Of a DNA stretch of 64,000 nt, positions 36,401 through 45,885 are shown one piece after another. Source of the stretch: an uncultured Gemmatimonadales bacterium. Its GTDB lineage: Bacteria; Gemmatimonadota; Gemmatimonadetes; Longimicrobiales; RSA9. The notes under the pieces are model-generated. The model saw nothing but the letters and a program-made list of their open reading frames with translations, made no database searches and was not told where the DNA came from. Position 1 is the first letter of the stretch, and each line of letters opens with the position of its first letter. The stretch lies in assembly GCA_963741945.1 (NCBI GenBank), contig CAVUKA010000003.1, positions 128,001 through 192,000 on the forward strand, in the 5' to 3' direction. A program made the position numbers and the translations under genes.

Positions 36401-37678
36401 ATGCGATCTTCTGCCTTCCGCTCCGATGTTCTCGCGGCGCTCGCGCTACCGCCCCGCGTTCACCCCCTCCCCCCCGGCGCGCTGCTGGCCGTCGCGCTGG
36501 TCCTCGGCGCCTGCGGCTCCTCGCCACCGAACCAGGTCGCCACGCGCGACTCCGCCGGCGTCACCATCACGCGCTCCGAAACGCCGGTGTGGGCCCCCGG
36601 CGCCGAATGGCGCGTCGCGGCCACTCCGACCATGGTCACCGGCGGCCTCGCCGGACAGTCCAACTACGAGTTCACCAACGTCGTGGACGCGCGCAGACTG
36701 CCCGACGGCCACGTCCTGGCGACGCAGTGCAGTCCTCCGCAGGTGCGCCTCTACGGCCCCTCCGGCGAGTTCGTTCGCGCGTTCGGAGGGCTCGGCGTTG
36801 CGCCGGGCCGCTGCCAGTTCATCCTGCACAGCTGGCTCGCCGGCACGGACACCCTCCTCGTCTATGATCCGACCCTGGGCCGGGTGACCCGGTTCGGTCT
36901 CGGCGGCGAGCTCATCGGCGTCGATGACGTGGGCGCAGCCAGCGACGAGGGCGGGTTCGTGTGGGTGGACCGTTTCGCGGACGGATCGCTCCTGGGGCGG
37001 CCGAACAGCCCCCCACCTTCGGTCAACGGCCGCTCGCGCGCCAGCTTCGCCTACGTGCGCCGCGACCCCTCTACCGGGGCCATTGACACGCTGCTGACTG
37101 CCGCCGGGGCCGAGTACGTGGCCGAGGGCATCGGCACGCCGGAAGCACGGACCGAGCAGGTCCTGTTCAGCCCGTTCACCAGCGCCATCGCCCTCGACAG
37201 TACGATGCTGGTGGCTGATACGCGCGATTTCTGGATCGAGGAATGGACGCGGGACGGTCGCCTGCTGCGGCGGTTCGGCCGGGCGTACGAGCCGCGCTCC
37301 ATCGACCGGGACTTCATCCGCGCCTACACGCAGCAGCGCCTTGCCGCAGCCGGCTCGCGGGCGAGGGATGTGCGGGTCGAGCTCGCTCGCGCCGTGTTCG
37401 CCGACGCGTTCCCCGCCCATGAGGGCACGATCCTGGTCGACCCTTCCGGCAACGTGTGGGTGCTCGACTACCCCGGCGCGGCCGACCAGACGCGGGCGTG
37501 GAGCGTATTCGACCCCGACGGTCGCTGGCTCGGAGATGTCCAGCTCCCCAGGGAGTTGCGCGTGACCGATGTCGGGACGGACTACCTCCTGGGCGTCTGG
37601 CGCGACGCGGATGGCACGCAGACGGTTCGCGCCTATGCGCTGGACCGCTCACCCTCTCCGGTCGCGGCCGGAAGCTAG
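36401..37678 (+). CDS. 6-bladed beta-propeller-like lipoprotein
   Basis: Start ATG 36401; lipobox LGA-C; repeated blade motifs (YGPSGEFVRAFG, WTRDGRLLRRFG, FDPDGRWLG). Confidence 0.75.
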   Translation: MRSSAFRSDVLAALALPPRVHPLPPGALLAVALVLGACGSSPPNQVATRDSAGVTITRSETPVWAPGAEWRVAATPTMVTGGLAGQSNYEFTNVVDARRLPDGHVLATQCSPPQVRLYGPSGEFVRAFGGLGVAPGRCQFILHSWLAGTDTLLVYDPTLGRVTRFGLGGELIGVDDVGAASDEGGFVWVDRFADGSLLGRPNSPPPSVNGRSRASFAYVRRDPSTGAIDTLLTAAGAEYVAEGIGTPEARTEQVLFSPFTSAIALDSTMLVADTRDFWIEEWTRDGRLLRRFGRAYEPRSIDRDFIRAYTQQRLAAAGSRARDVRVELARAVFADAFPAHEGTILVDPSGNVWVLDYPGAADQTRAWSVFDPDGRWLGDVQLPRELRVTDVGTDYLLGVWRDADGTQTVRAYALDRSPSPVAAGS

Positions 37679-37728
37679 CCAGCCGGCCCGGCGGTGCGTT
37701 CCCACCCGGAGACGCGCCGCCAGGGGGG

Positions 37729-38370
37729 TTACGCGTCGGCGATGGCGCTGCCGACCTTCGACAGGACCCGCGCCCCGAGCTGCACCTCGACCACGACGTC
37801 CGACCCGGCCGGGAGCGGGCCGACCCCCGCCGGCGTCCCCGTGGCGATCAGGTCTCCCGGCTCGAGCGTCATGATGGCGCTGATGTAGCTGACCAAGTAC
37901 GGGATCCCGAAGGCCATCTGCCGGGCTGCGCCCCGCTGCCGCACCTCCCCGCCCACCCGGCACTCCACGACCAGCTCCCTCCAGTCCGCGACCTCCGCCG
38001 CCGGCGCCATGGCTCCCACCGGGCAGAACGTGTCGAAGCCCTTCGCCCTCGTCCACTGGCCGTCCACTTTCTGCAGGTCGCGGGCGGTCACGTCGTTAAG
38101 CGCGCAGTACCCCGCCACGTGATCCAGCGCGTCCCCCTCGCCCACGTTGCGACAGCGGCGCCCGATCACCACGCCGATCTCACCCTCGTGCTCCACCTGC
38201 GACGACTGCCGCGGCCGAACGATCGTCCCACCGTCCTCCAGCAGCGCCGATGACGGCTTCAGGAACAGAAGCGGCTTCTCGGGCACCGCGTTCCCGAGCT
38301 CGGCCGCGTGCTCAACGTAGTTGCGCCCGACGCAGACGATCTTGCTCGGGCGCGGCAGTCCCTCCGGCAT
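37729..38370 (-). CDS. Fumarylacetoacetate hydrolase family protein
   Basis: KIVCVGRNY, FLKPSS, EHEGE, NDVTARDLQ, AKGFDTF and GDLIATGTPAGVG motifs; start ATG 38370. Confidence 0.93.
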   Translation of the reverse strand: MPEGLPRPSKIVCVGRNYVEHAAELGNAVPEKPLLFLKPSSALLEDGGTIVRPRQSSQVEHEGEIGVVIGRRCRNVGEGDALDHVAGYCALNDVTARDLQKVDGQWTRAKGFDTFCPVGAMAPAAEVADWRELVVECRVGGEVRQRGAARQMAFGIPYLVSYISAIMTLEPGDLIATGTPAGVGPLPAGSDVVVEVQLGARVLSKVGSAIADA

Positions 38371-40867
38371 CCGTCTCCTCCCCCCGTTCCTCGTAGAACC
38401 GTTCCAGCTCCTCACGCAGGGCCGACCAGGAGCCCGTGCGCACCGGCGCCGGCGGCAGCGTATCGATAAAGTAGCGGCCGTACGACTTCTCCAGCACGCG
38501 CGCATCCAGCAGGACCACCGCGCCACGGTCGGTGGTGGAACGGATCAGACGTCCGAATCCCTGCTTCAGCCGCAGCGCCGCATGCGGGAGCATGTAGTCG
38601 AAGAACCCGCTCCCGCCTCCCTGCTCGATGCTCTCCATCCTCGCCGCCGTGAGCGGCTCCGTGGGGACCCTGAACGGGAGCTTTGCGATCACCAGTCCCC
38701 GCAGCGGGTCACCGGGAACGTCCACACCCTCCCAGAACGATGCGACGCCCAGCAGGATCCCGCGCCCGTTCTCGGCGAATCGGCGCACCAGCTCCGCCCG
38801 CGGGCCTTCACCCTGCACGAACAGCGGCCATCGTCCGTCCACCCCCCGCTCCCGCAGCACGCCGGCCACGTGCCGGAGCGAGCGGTAGCTGGTGAACAGC
38901 CCGAAGATCCCGCCATCGCTGAGCGCGGCCACGTCCTCGATCACCGCCGCCGTGGCATCGTCGTGGCCCCGCCCGGGCCGGGGCACGTCGGTGGGAACGG
39001 CCACGAGCGTCTGGGTGCCGAAGTCGAACGGGCTCGGGTAGGCAGCCTCCCGGACGCGCACGGCGCGGTCGAGCCCGAGCCGCGCGGTCACGAAGCCGAA
39101 TCCCGCGCGCGTGCTCAGCGTGGCCGACGTGAGGACCGCGGTGTCGACCGGCTCCCACAGCGCTTCCCGGAGGACATCCCCCAGCTCGATCGGTGCCGCG
39201 CACACCGCCACGTTCGGGCTCGCCTGCCCGACCCCGCCCCGCCGCTCCAGCCACCGCACCATGGCCACCGCCTCCTGACCGGGGACCAGCGCCAGCCGCA
39301 GACCGTCCGCCTGCGCCCGCACACGGGACGAGAGCGCGCTCAGCTCCACCAGCTGCTCTTCCAGCTTCTGCGTGGCGGCACGGTCCGTCAGCACCGCCTC
39401 CCGAATCCCGTCCAGCGCCCGCGCCACCCGGTCCAGCACCTTCAGCAGATCCTCAAGCGCCTCCCCCACGACATTCGCCCAGCCGTCATCCCGCTCGAAC
39501 CCGTCCGCGAGTCGAAGCACGCTGTCCGGGGACCGGGTCACTACCGATTCCAGCCGTGCAAAGAGGTCCGCCGCCCGCTGCTTCGCGTTCGCGACGTCCG
39601 GCCGGACCTGGCGCTCGATCCGCGCGATGCAATCCTTCCGGACACTGCCGTCCGCCAGCAGCTTCAGTCGCTCCTCGACACCACGGACCACGCCCTTGCC
39701 ACGCCGGTCGATCCGGTTCAGGAGACGGAAAAGACCGCGCTGCGAAACGGCCACCCCCAGATGGCTGGTGGCCGCGTCCTCGATGTTGTGCGCCTCATCC
39801 AGCACGACCCGGCGGTAGGCCGGCAGCACCGCGGGCGCCGTGTAGTTGCCCTGGACACGACGCACGGCCAGGTCACTGAACAGGAGATGGTGATTCACCA
39901 CCAGCACATCCGCCCCCGCGGCATCGCGCCGCGCACGCTGGTAGAAACAGCTCTCGAAGTGCGGGCACTTCGCCCGGAGACACACGTCCGCGTCGCTCTG
40001 CACCTCGTCCCACACTTCCGCTGATGGCTCGAACGGCAGGTCCTGCCGAGATCCGTCCTGCGTCCGCTCCAGCCATGTGGTCAGCGCCTCCAGCTCCCTC
40101 GCCTGCGCTCCTTCCAGCAGCGCGCCCGCCGTCTCCAGTGCCAGCTTCGCTCGCCGGATCGAGATGTAGTTCCCCCGCCCTTTCACCAGTGCGTAATGGA
40201 ACGGCACGTCCAGCACTTTTCGCAGAAACGGCAGGTCCTTCATTACCAACTGCTCCTGCAGGTTGATCGTGTTCGTGCTCACGACCGTGCGCTCGCGGTT
40301 CAGCACCGCCCATTTCACGGCGGGAATCAGGTACGCGATGCTCTTTCCCGTCCCCGTCCCGGCCTCCGCTACGAGAACGCCCCCCGCGTTGTACGCTTCG
40401 GCCACGGCCACGGCCATGTCACGTTGTGTCGGCCGATCCTCGTACCCGGCGTGCTCCCGGGCCACGGGGCCGCCTGGCGCCAGCGCAGAGGCCACGTCCT
40501 CTGCCTCGAGCAGCTCCAGCTCCCGCTGACGCGGCGGCTCCGATACTACGTAAAGCTCCTGCGCAGCATTGTCGCATATGGCCATGCCGAGGCCGCGCCC
40601 GTACAGCTCGGCTGCCACACCCAGGTCCGCGTCGCTCGGCTCCAGCTGCCCCGATGGGTGGTTGTGGATCACGAGGCTGCCCCGCTCCGCGTCCGCCACC
40701 GCGGCCAGAACCGCCGTCTTGTGACCTCGCGCCACGGCCCGCGGGCGCTTCACCGCACCGTTCTCACCCACCACCGCTACGAAGCACACTTCGTTGCCCC
40801 CCGCCTTCTCGATCTCGTGGCGGAGGGCGCCGGCTGCCGATTTGGTGAGATGAAGGATGCGTGGCAT
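38312..40867 (-). CDS. DinG/YoaA-family SF2 helicase with an N-terminal JAB/MPN (RadC-like) domain
   Basis: JAB motif E26...HNHPSGQLEPSDAD; helicase motifs AEAGTGTGKS, DEAH, TSATL, LFTSY, SFWEGVDVPG and QGFGRLIR. Confidence 0.92.
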   Translation of the reverse strand: MPRILHLTKSAAGALRHEIEKAGGNEVCFVAVVGENGAVKRPRAVARGHKTAVLAAVADAERGSLVIHNHPSGQLEPSDADLGVAAELYGRGLGMAICDNAAQELYVVSEPPRQRELELLEAEDVASALAPGGPVAREHAGYEDRPTQRDMAVAVAEAYNAGGVLVAEAGTGTGKSIAYLIPAVKWAVLNRERTVVSTNTINLQEQLVMKDLPFLRKVLDVPFHYALVKGRGNYISIRRAKLALETAGALLEGAQARELEALTTWLERTQDGSRQDLPFEPSAEVWDEVQSDADVCLRAKCPHFESCFYQRARRDAAGADVLVVNHHLLFSDLAVRRVQGNYTAPAVLPAYRRVVLDEAHNIEDAATSHLGVAVSQRGLFRLLNRIDRRGKGVVRGVEERLKLLADGSVRKDCIARIERQVRPDVANAKQRAADLFARLESVVTRSPDSVLRLADGFERDDGWANVVGEALEDLLKVLDRVARALDGIREAVLTDRAATQKLEEQLVELSALSSRVRAQADGLRLALVPGQEAVAMVRWLERRGGVGQASPNVAVCAAPIELGDVLREALWEPVDTAVLTSATLSTRAGFGFVTARLGLDRAVRVREAAYPSPFDFGTQTLVAVPTDVPRPGRGHDDATAAVIEDVAALSDGGIFGLFTSYRSLRHVAGVLRERGVDGRWPLFVQGEGPRAELVRRFAENGRGILLGVASFWEGVDVPGDPLRGLVIAKLPFRVPTEPLTAARMESIEQGGGSGFFDYMLPHAALRLKQGFGRLIRSTTDRGAVVLLDARVLEKSYGRYFIDTLPPAPVRTGSWSALREELERFYEERGEETDAGGTAAPEQDRLRRAQLR

Positions 40868-40955
40868 GCGGCGCGGGGCGAAAGGAAACCGAAGACAGTC
40901 TAACGCTTCCAGCGCCGGAACGGGAGAGCGCCGCGAGCGGGCCCGATGTTCGAGG

Positions 40956-40985
40956 TTGTCCCGGCGAGGGCGCGGATGCTATCGT
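40956..40985 (+). promoter_or_regulatory. Putative sigma70 promoter for the amidohydrolase operon
   Basis: TTGTCC, 18-nt spacer, TATCGT with an extended TG. Confidence 0.45.
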
Positions 40986-41048
40986 GCAGCTTCATCATAC
41001 CCTGGCCTCGCGCGCCCGCTCGCTCCCATTGACGGAGGATACGGACTG

Positions 41049-42353
41049 ATGATCCGCGTGCGCACTCTAGCTTTCCCCGCCGCTCTTTTCATCACCATCC
41101 TGGGCCGGCCGGGTGCCGCCCAGGCGCCCGGGCAGTCGTTGGACCGCGTCGTCGCCGGTAGAGTGGACGAGATCACTGCGATCCGCCACCGCATCCACCA
41201 GAACCCCGAGCTTTCCAATCGCGAGACGGAGACGGCCGCGCTGGTGGCCTCGGAGCTCAGGAAGCTCGACTTCGATGAAGTCCGGACTGGCATCGCTCAC
41301 ACGGGCGTGGTGGGAGTGCTGCGTGGAGGGAAGCCGGGCCCGGTATTGGCGATCAGGGCGGACATGGACGCGCTACCGGTGACCGAGACCAGTGCGCTGC
41401 CGTACGCGTCGAAAGTGCGAGCGGTCTTCGGTGACCAGCAAGTAGGCGTCATGCACGCCTGTGGTCACGACATTCATACATCGGTCGGCCTGGGGACGGC
41501 CGCGGTGCTTTCCGACATGAAAGCCGAGCTGCCCGGGACGGTGATCTTCGTCTTCCAGCCCGCGGAAGAGGGCGCGCCCGAAGGAGAGGAAGGCGGCGCA
41601 CCCCTGATGCTGAAGGAAGCCGTTTTCGGCGACATGCACCCGGAAGCGATGTTCGCGCTTCATAGCATGCCGGAGCTGGAGGTGGGCGAGCTGGCGTATA
41701 CGTCAGGCCCGGCCATGGCCGCCGCGGACACGTGGCGCGCGGTGATCCACGGCAGGCAGGCCCACGGCGCTCGGCCCTCCGAGTCCATCGACCCCATCGT
41801 CATGGCGTCCCAGGCCGTGCTCGCCCTGCAGACCATCCGCTCGCGCAGTATGCCCTCCATCGCCCCGGGTGTGGTCACCGTGGGGGTGCTTCGCGGCGGC
41901 GAGCGACACAACATCATCCCTGCCGAGGTCCGCCTCGAGGGCACGGTTCGAACATTCGATCCGACCGTCCAGGACATGGTCGAGCGGCGCATGCGCGAAA
42001 TTTTCGATGGGATCACCCGGGCGGGCGGGGGAAGCTTCGAGCTCACGTACGATCGGGGCGTGCCCGTCCTGGTGAACGATCCCGACCTCGCCGCCCGCTC
42101 GGCCGGGATTCTGGCCAGCACGTTCGGTGACGCGCACATGCACGTGGCCCCGCTCACTACGGCCGCCGAGGACTTCGCCTATTTCGCCCGCGAGATCCCT
42201 TCCTTCTATTTCCGGCTCGGGACCACACGGCCCGGCACCACGTCCGGCGGCCTGCACACGCCCACGTTCCTGGGCGATGATGCGGCCATCCCGGTGGGGA
42301 TCCGCGCCATGACGACCCTCGTCCTGCAGTACGCCCGGAGTCACCCGCGTTGA
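41049..42353 (+). CDS. M20D family amidohydrolase with probable signal peptide
   Basis: Start ATG 41049; HQNPELS, RADMDALP, MHACGHD, FQPAEEG, AEDFAYF and LHTP motifs. Confidence 0.92.
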   Translation: MIRVRTLAFPAALFITILGRPGAAQAPGQSLDRVVAGRVDEITAIRHRIHQNPELSNRETETAALVASELRKLDFDEVRTGIAHTGVVGVLRGGKPGPVLAIRADMDALPVTETSALPYASKVRAVFGDQQVGVMHACGHDIHTSVGLGTAAVLSDMKAELPGTVIFVFQPAEEGAPEGEEGGAPLMLKEAVFGDMHPEAMFALHSMPELEVGELAYTSGPAMAAADTWRAVIHGRQAHGARPSESIDPIVMASQAVLALQTIRSRSMPSIAPGVVTVGVLRGGERHNIIPAEVRLEGTVRTFDPTVQDMVERRMREIFDGITRAGGGSFELTYDRGVPVLVNDPDLAARSAGILASTFGDAHMHVAPLTTAAEDFAYFAREIPSFYFRLGTTRPGTTSGGLHTPTFLGDDAAIPVGIRAMTTLVLQYARSHPR

Positions 42354-43330
42354 GATACCTGGTCACGGGCGGCACGGGGTTCATCGGCCACCGCCTGGTC
42401 CGGCAGCTGCGCGCGGCCGGACACGAGGTCGTGGCACTGGTCCGCGACATGGAGCGCGCCGCCGACCTCCGCGCGCTCGGCGCGGACCTGGTCCGCGGCG
42501 ACATCACCGATCCCACCTCCCTCCCCGCTCCGATGGTCGGAGCGGACGGCGTGTTCCACCTGGCCGCCTGGTATCACCTGGGGGCTCGGGACAGCAGCGC
42601 CGCCTACCGGATCAACGTGGAGGGAACGCGCAATGTGCTCGATGCCGCCGGCGCGGCCGCCGTCCCCAAGGTGGTCTATACGAGCACCATCGCTGTCTTT
42701 GGAGACACGCACGGGCAGGTGGTGGACGAGGACTATCGGATGGAAGGCCCGTGGCTCAGCGAATACGACCGGACCAAGTGGCTCGCCCACTACCAGGTGG
42801 CGCTCCCCGCCGCCGAGGCCGGACTGCCCCTGGTCATCGTGCAGCCCGGGATCGTCTACGGCCCTGGTGACCACAGCCAGGTCGGGAGCGTGCTTCGGGA
42901 CTACCTGCGCCGCCGCCTTCCCGTGATCCCCCCCCAGGGTGGCTGCTGGAGCCACGTCGGGGACTCCGCGGCCGGCCACGTCCTGGCGATGGAGCGCGGT
43001 CGCCCCGGCCGCGCCTACGTCCTCGCGGGTCCGTGCATGATGTGGAAGGACGTGCTCTCGCTCGCCGAGGAGATCACCGGCATCCCCGCGCCCCGCATCA
43101 CGCTGCCGCCGTGGGCCGCGCGCGCGGCTTCCTGGGCCATGAAGCCAGTGGCGGCGATCGTCCCCGTGCCGGAGACGTATCATCCCGAAACGCTGCGCGT
43201 GGGCGCCGGCAGCACGTACTTCGCCGACGACACGCGGGCTCGCCGCGAGATCGGCTGGGCGCCCCGCCCCGTCCGCGATGGCCTTCGGACCACGCTCGAG
43301 CGCGAGCAGGCGGCGCTGGAAGGAACGTGA
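42350..43330 (+). CDS. NAD-dependent epimerase/dehydratase (extended SDR, dihydroflavonol reductase-like)
   Basis: TGGTGFIG, VFHLAA and YDRTK motifs; TTG start overlapping the upstream TGA. Confidence 0.9.
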   Translation: MRYLVTGGTGFIGHRLVRQLRAAGHEVVALVRDMERAADLRALGADLVRGDITDPTSLPAPMVGADGVFHLAAWYHLGARDSSAAYRINVEGTRNVLDAAGAAAVPKVVYTSTIAVFGDTHGQVVDEDYRMEGPWLSEYDRTKWLAHYQVALPAAEAGLPLVIVQPGIVYGPGDHSQVGSVLRDYLRRRLPVIPPQGGCWSHVGDSAAGHVLAMERGRPGRAYVLAGPCMMWKDVLSLAEEITGIPAPRITLPPWAARAASWAMKPVAAIVPVPETYHPETLRVGAGSTYFADDTRARREIGWAPRPVRDGLRTTLEREQAALEGT

Positions 43331-43340
43331 GGGCCCGTCG

Positions 43341-43355
43341 GGGCACGGCCGTTGC
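43341..43355 (+). promoter_or_regulatory. sigma54-like promoter upstream of the LEA gene
   Basis: GGGCAC-GGCCG-TTGC, about 57 nt before ATG 43412. Confidence 0.45.
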
Positions 43356-43411
43356 CCGCCGCTCGACCCTATGCTGGCGAACAGAACCGCGCCCGAACCA
43401 GGGAGACCTCC

Positions 43412-43924
43412 ATGCGCGCCCGTGAATCCGCGCCCATTCCGTTCCTGATGGCACTCACGTTGGTCCTCGGCGCCTGCGCCACTCTGGGCAATCTGATCCA
43501 GCCGCCCACGTTCAATGTGGCCGACCAGTCTCCATCGCAGCTGCGGCTCCTCGGCCCGTCCATCGAGCATCCGCTGGGCGGCGCGCAGCTCCGCGTCTGG
43601 GCGCGGGTGCGCAACCCCAACGCCGTGGGCTTCACGCTGACGCGACTGGTCGGGAACGTGGTCCTCGAGGACAGGCCGGCGGCCGATGTGGACCTCCCCA
43701 TGGGGCTGCCCCTCCAGGCCGTCAGTGACACCGTCATCCCGCTGGATCTGGCCATCAGCTTCGCCGACATTCCCAACCTCGCCCGGGAGATCGCGGCGGC
43801 CGTCACAGGGCAGCCCATCGCCTACGCGCTGCGCGGCACTGTCACCGTGGACGCCGGCCCGCTCGGTCAGCCGAGCTTCGGCCCCACCACTCTCCTCCAG
43901 GGCCACGTGACCGTGGTCCGCTGA
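43412..43924 (+). CDS. LEA type 2 (WHy domain) lipoprotein
   Basis: Lipobox LGA-C and the VRNPN motif; GGGAG RBS. Confidence 0.82.
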   Translation: MRARESAPIPFLMALTLVLGACATLGNLIQPPTFNVADQSPSQLRLLGPSIEHPLGGAQLRVWARVRNPNAVGFTLTRLVGNVVLEDRPAADVDLPMGLPLQAVSDTVIPLDLAISFADIPNLAREIAAAVTGQPIAYALRGTVTVDAGPLGQPSFGPTTLLQGHVTVVR

Positions 43925-43976
43925 TGCTCGGCGGCGAGGCCGAACAACGGGAGGAAGTACTTCGACTGCTGTACGG

Positions 43977-44807
43977 CTACTCCTTCAGGCGCTGCACGAT
44001 CTCGTATGCGCGGTTCCGTGGCACGCCGAGCCGACGCGCCACTTCCTGCGCCACCACGCTCGGCCTGCCCCCATCCTCCAGCATCGCACGCGCCAGTGCG
44101 GACGCCGCCTCCTCGTCCACCGCCGCCGCCACGGCAGTCCCGCCTTCGACCACCACCACCACCTCGCCGCGCACCCCCGACTCACGGTAGTGCGCCGCGA
44201 CTTCCGCCACCGGGCCCCGGATCTGCTCTTCGTGCACTTTCGTGAGCTCGCGGCCTACCATCACCCGCCGATCCGGACCCATCCGCTCCGCCAGCGCGTC
44301 CAGTAGCTTCACCAGCCGGGCCGGGCTCTCGTACAGCACTGCCGTGTGGCGCAGCACCGCCAGCTCATCCAGCCGCTCCGCCCGCTCCCGACCGCTGCGC
44401 GGCAGAAAGCCGTAGAACGTGAATGGCTCCGCCGGCAGCCCCGATACCACCAGCGCGGCGAGAACGGCTGATGCGCCGGGGACCGGCACCGCCTCATGCC
44501 CGCTTTCCGTCACGGCCGCCACAAGCCGGGAACCCGGATCCGAGATCAGCGGTGTCCCGGCGTCCGAGACGAGCGCGAGGTTCTCCCCGGCCGAAAGCCA
44601 TCCGAGCACCTGCCGCGCCCGGGCGGCTTCGTTGTGTTCGTGCAGTGAGACCAGCGGCGTATCGATCCCATGCTCCACGCACAGGATCCCGGTGTGGCGG
44701 GTGTCCTCCGCCAGGATCCGGTCCACGGACCGCAGGACGTCCAGTGCTCGCAGCGTCACATCGGCGAGGTGACCGATCGGTGTACTGACGATATAGAGGA
44801 TAGACAT
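43977..44807 (-). CDS. rsmI: 16S rRNA (cytidine1402-2'-O)-methyltransferase
   Basis: Start ATG 44807; LYIVSTPIG, AEDTRHT, VSDAGTPLISDPG, YESPARL and RELTKVHE motifs. Confidence 0.95.
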   Translation of the reverse strand: MSILYIVSTPIGHLADVTLRALDVLRSVDRILAEDTRHTGILCVEHGIDTPLVSLHEHNEAARARQVLGWLSAGENLALVSDAGTPLISDPGSRLVAAVTESGHEAVPVPGASAVLAALVVSGLPAEPFTFYGFLPRSGRERAERLDELAVLRHTAVLYESPARLVKLLDALAERMGPDRRVMVGRELTKVHEEQIRGPVAEVAAHYRESGVRGEVVVVVEGGTAVAAAVDEEAASALARAMLEDGGRPSVVAQEVARRLGVPRNRAYEIVQRLKE

Positions 44808-44911
44808 ATGTGTCTGGGGACCGCGGGTGCACCGGCTGCCATGAACGCGACCGGGGCAGGAGCCTCTGCTCCCGCCCCGCTCTTTCCCGCGACCTGCGCG
44901 CGCCTGGCGCG

Positions 44912-45250
<339 letters not shown>

Positions 45251-45391
45251 CCCGCTACCTCCATTCACGCCCGCCGCGCTCCCGCCACGGACGAGCCTCA
45301 TGTTCGCTCTCGTTTGCGTCAATGACCCGCAATATCCCGGCCGATCGTCGCGCGACCAGCCGGATCGCACGACTCCCGCTTCGGTGACTCG

Positions 45392-45832
45392 TCAGCCGCC
45401 GCCGGTGATCTGCTCCACGTCGATCTTCTCGATGATCCAGCCGCCGCTGGCCGTGCGGACCACCAGGTGGGGCACGGTCACGGTCCGTTCGCCTTTCCGG
45501 AGCTGGACCATCAGCTCGGTGGCGTCCTCCGATCGGCCGGGAACGGTGCGCCGCCCCCGGATGGAGAAGTCGTCGTGCCGCAGCAGGGAGGCGAGCAGAT
45601 ACATGCGTCGCTCGGCCTGCTCCCGCCCGTCCAGCTGGATGATGTTCTTCTGCGGCGTCCCGAACAGCTCCGCCATCGTCTTCAGGTCGTTGACGTTGGC
45701 GGCCTGGAGAAAACGCTCCACCACGAGCCCCGGACCGGGCGCTTCGGCCGCCGGCTGACCGGGCACCTTGCGCGCGCATGCGGCCACGGCGATCCCCAAC
45801 ACGACGATTCCGATCACCCGCATGCTTCGCAT
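45392..45832 (-). CDS. Hypothetical lipoprotein (possibly NTF2-like fold)
   Basis: Lipobox VAA-C; VVERFLQA...WIIEKID pattern; start 45832 or 45823. Confidence 0.72.
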   Translation of the reverse strand: MRSMRVIGIVVLGIAVAACARKVPGQPAAEAPGPGLVVERFLQAANVNDLKTMAELFGTPQKNIIQLDGREQAERRMYLLASLLRHDDFSIRGRRTVPGRSEDATELMVQLRKGERTVTVPHLVVRTASGGWIIEKIDVEQITGGG

Positions 45833-45885
45833 CACTTCCCTTTCATTCCGGGGTTGCCGGAACGTGATCGCGGGACCGGACGGTG

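Noticed and set aside
38312-40867. DinG as type IV CRISPR CasDinG, or JAB as part of a CBASS/ubiquitin-like defence system
   Set aside because: No cas genes, array, CD-NTase, E1/E2 or ubiquitin-like gene nearby; the neighbours are housekeeping genes.
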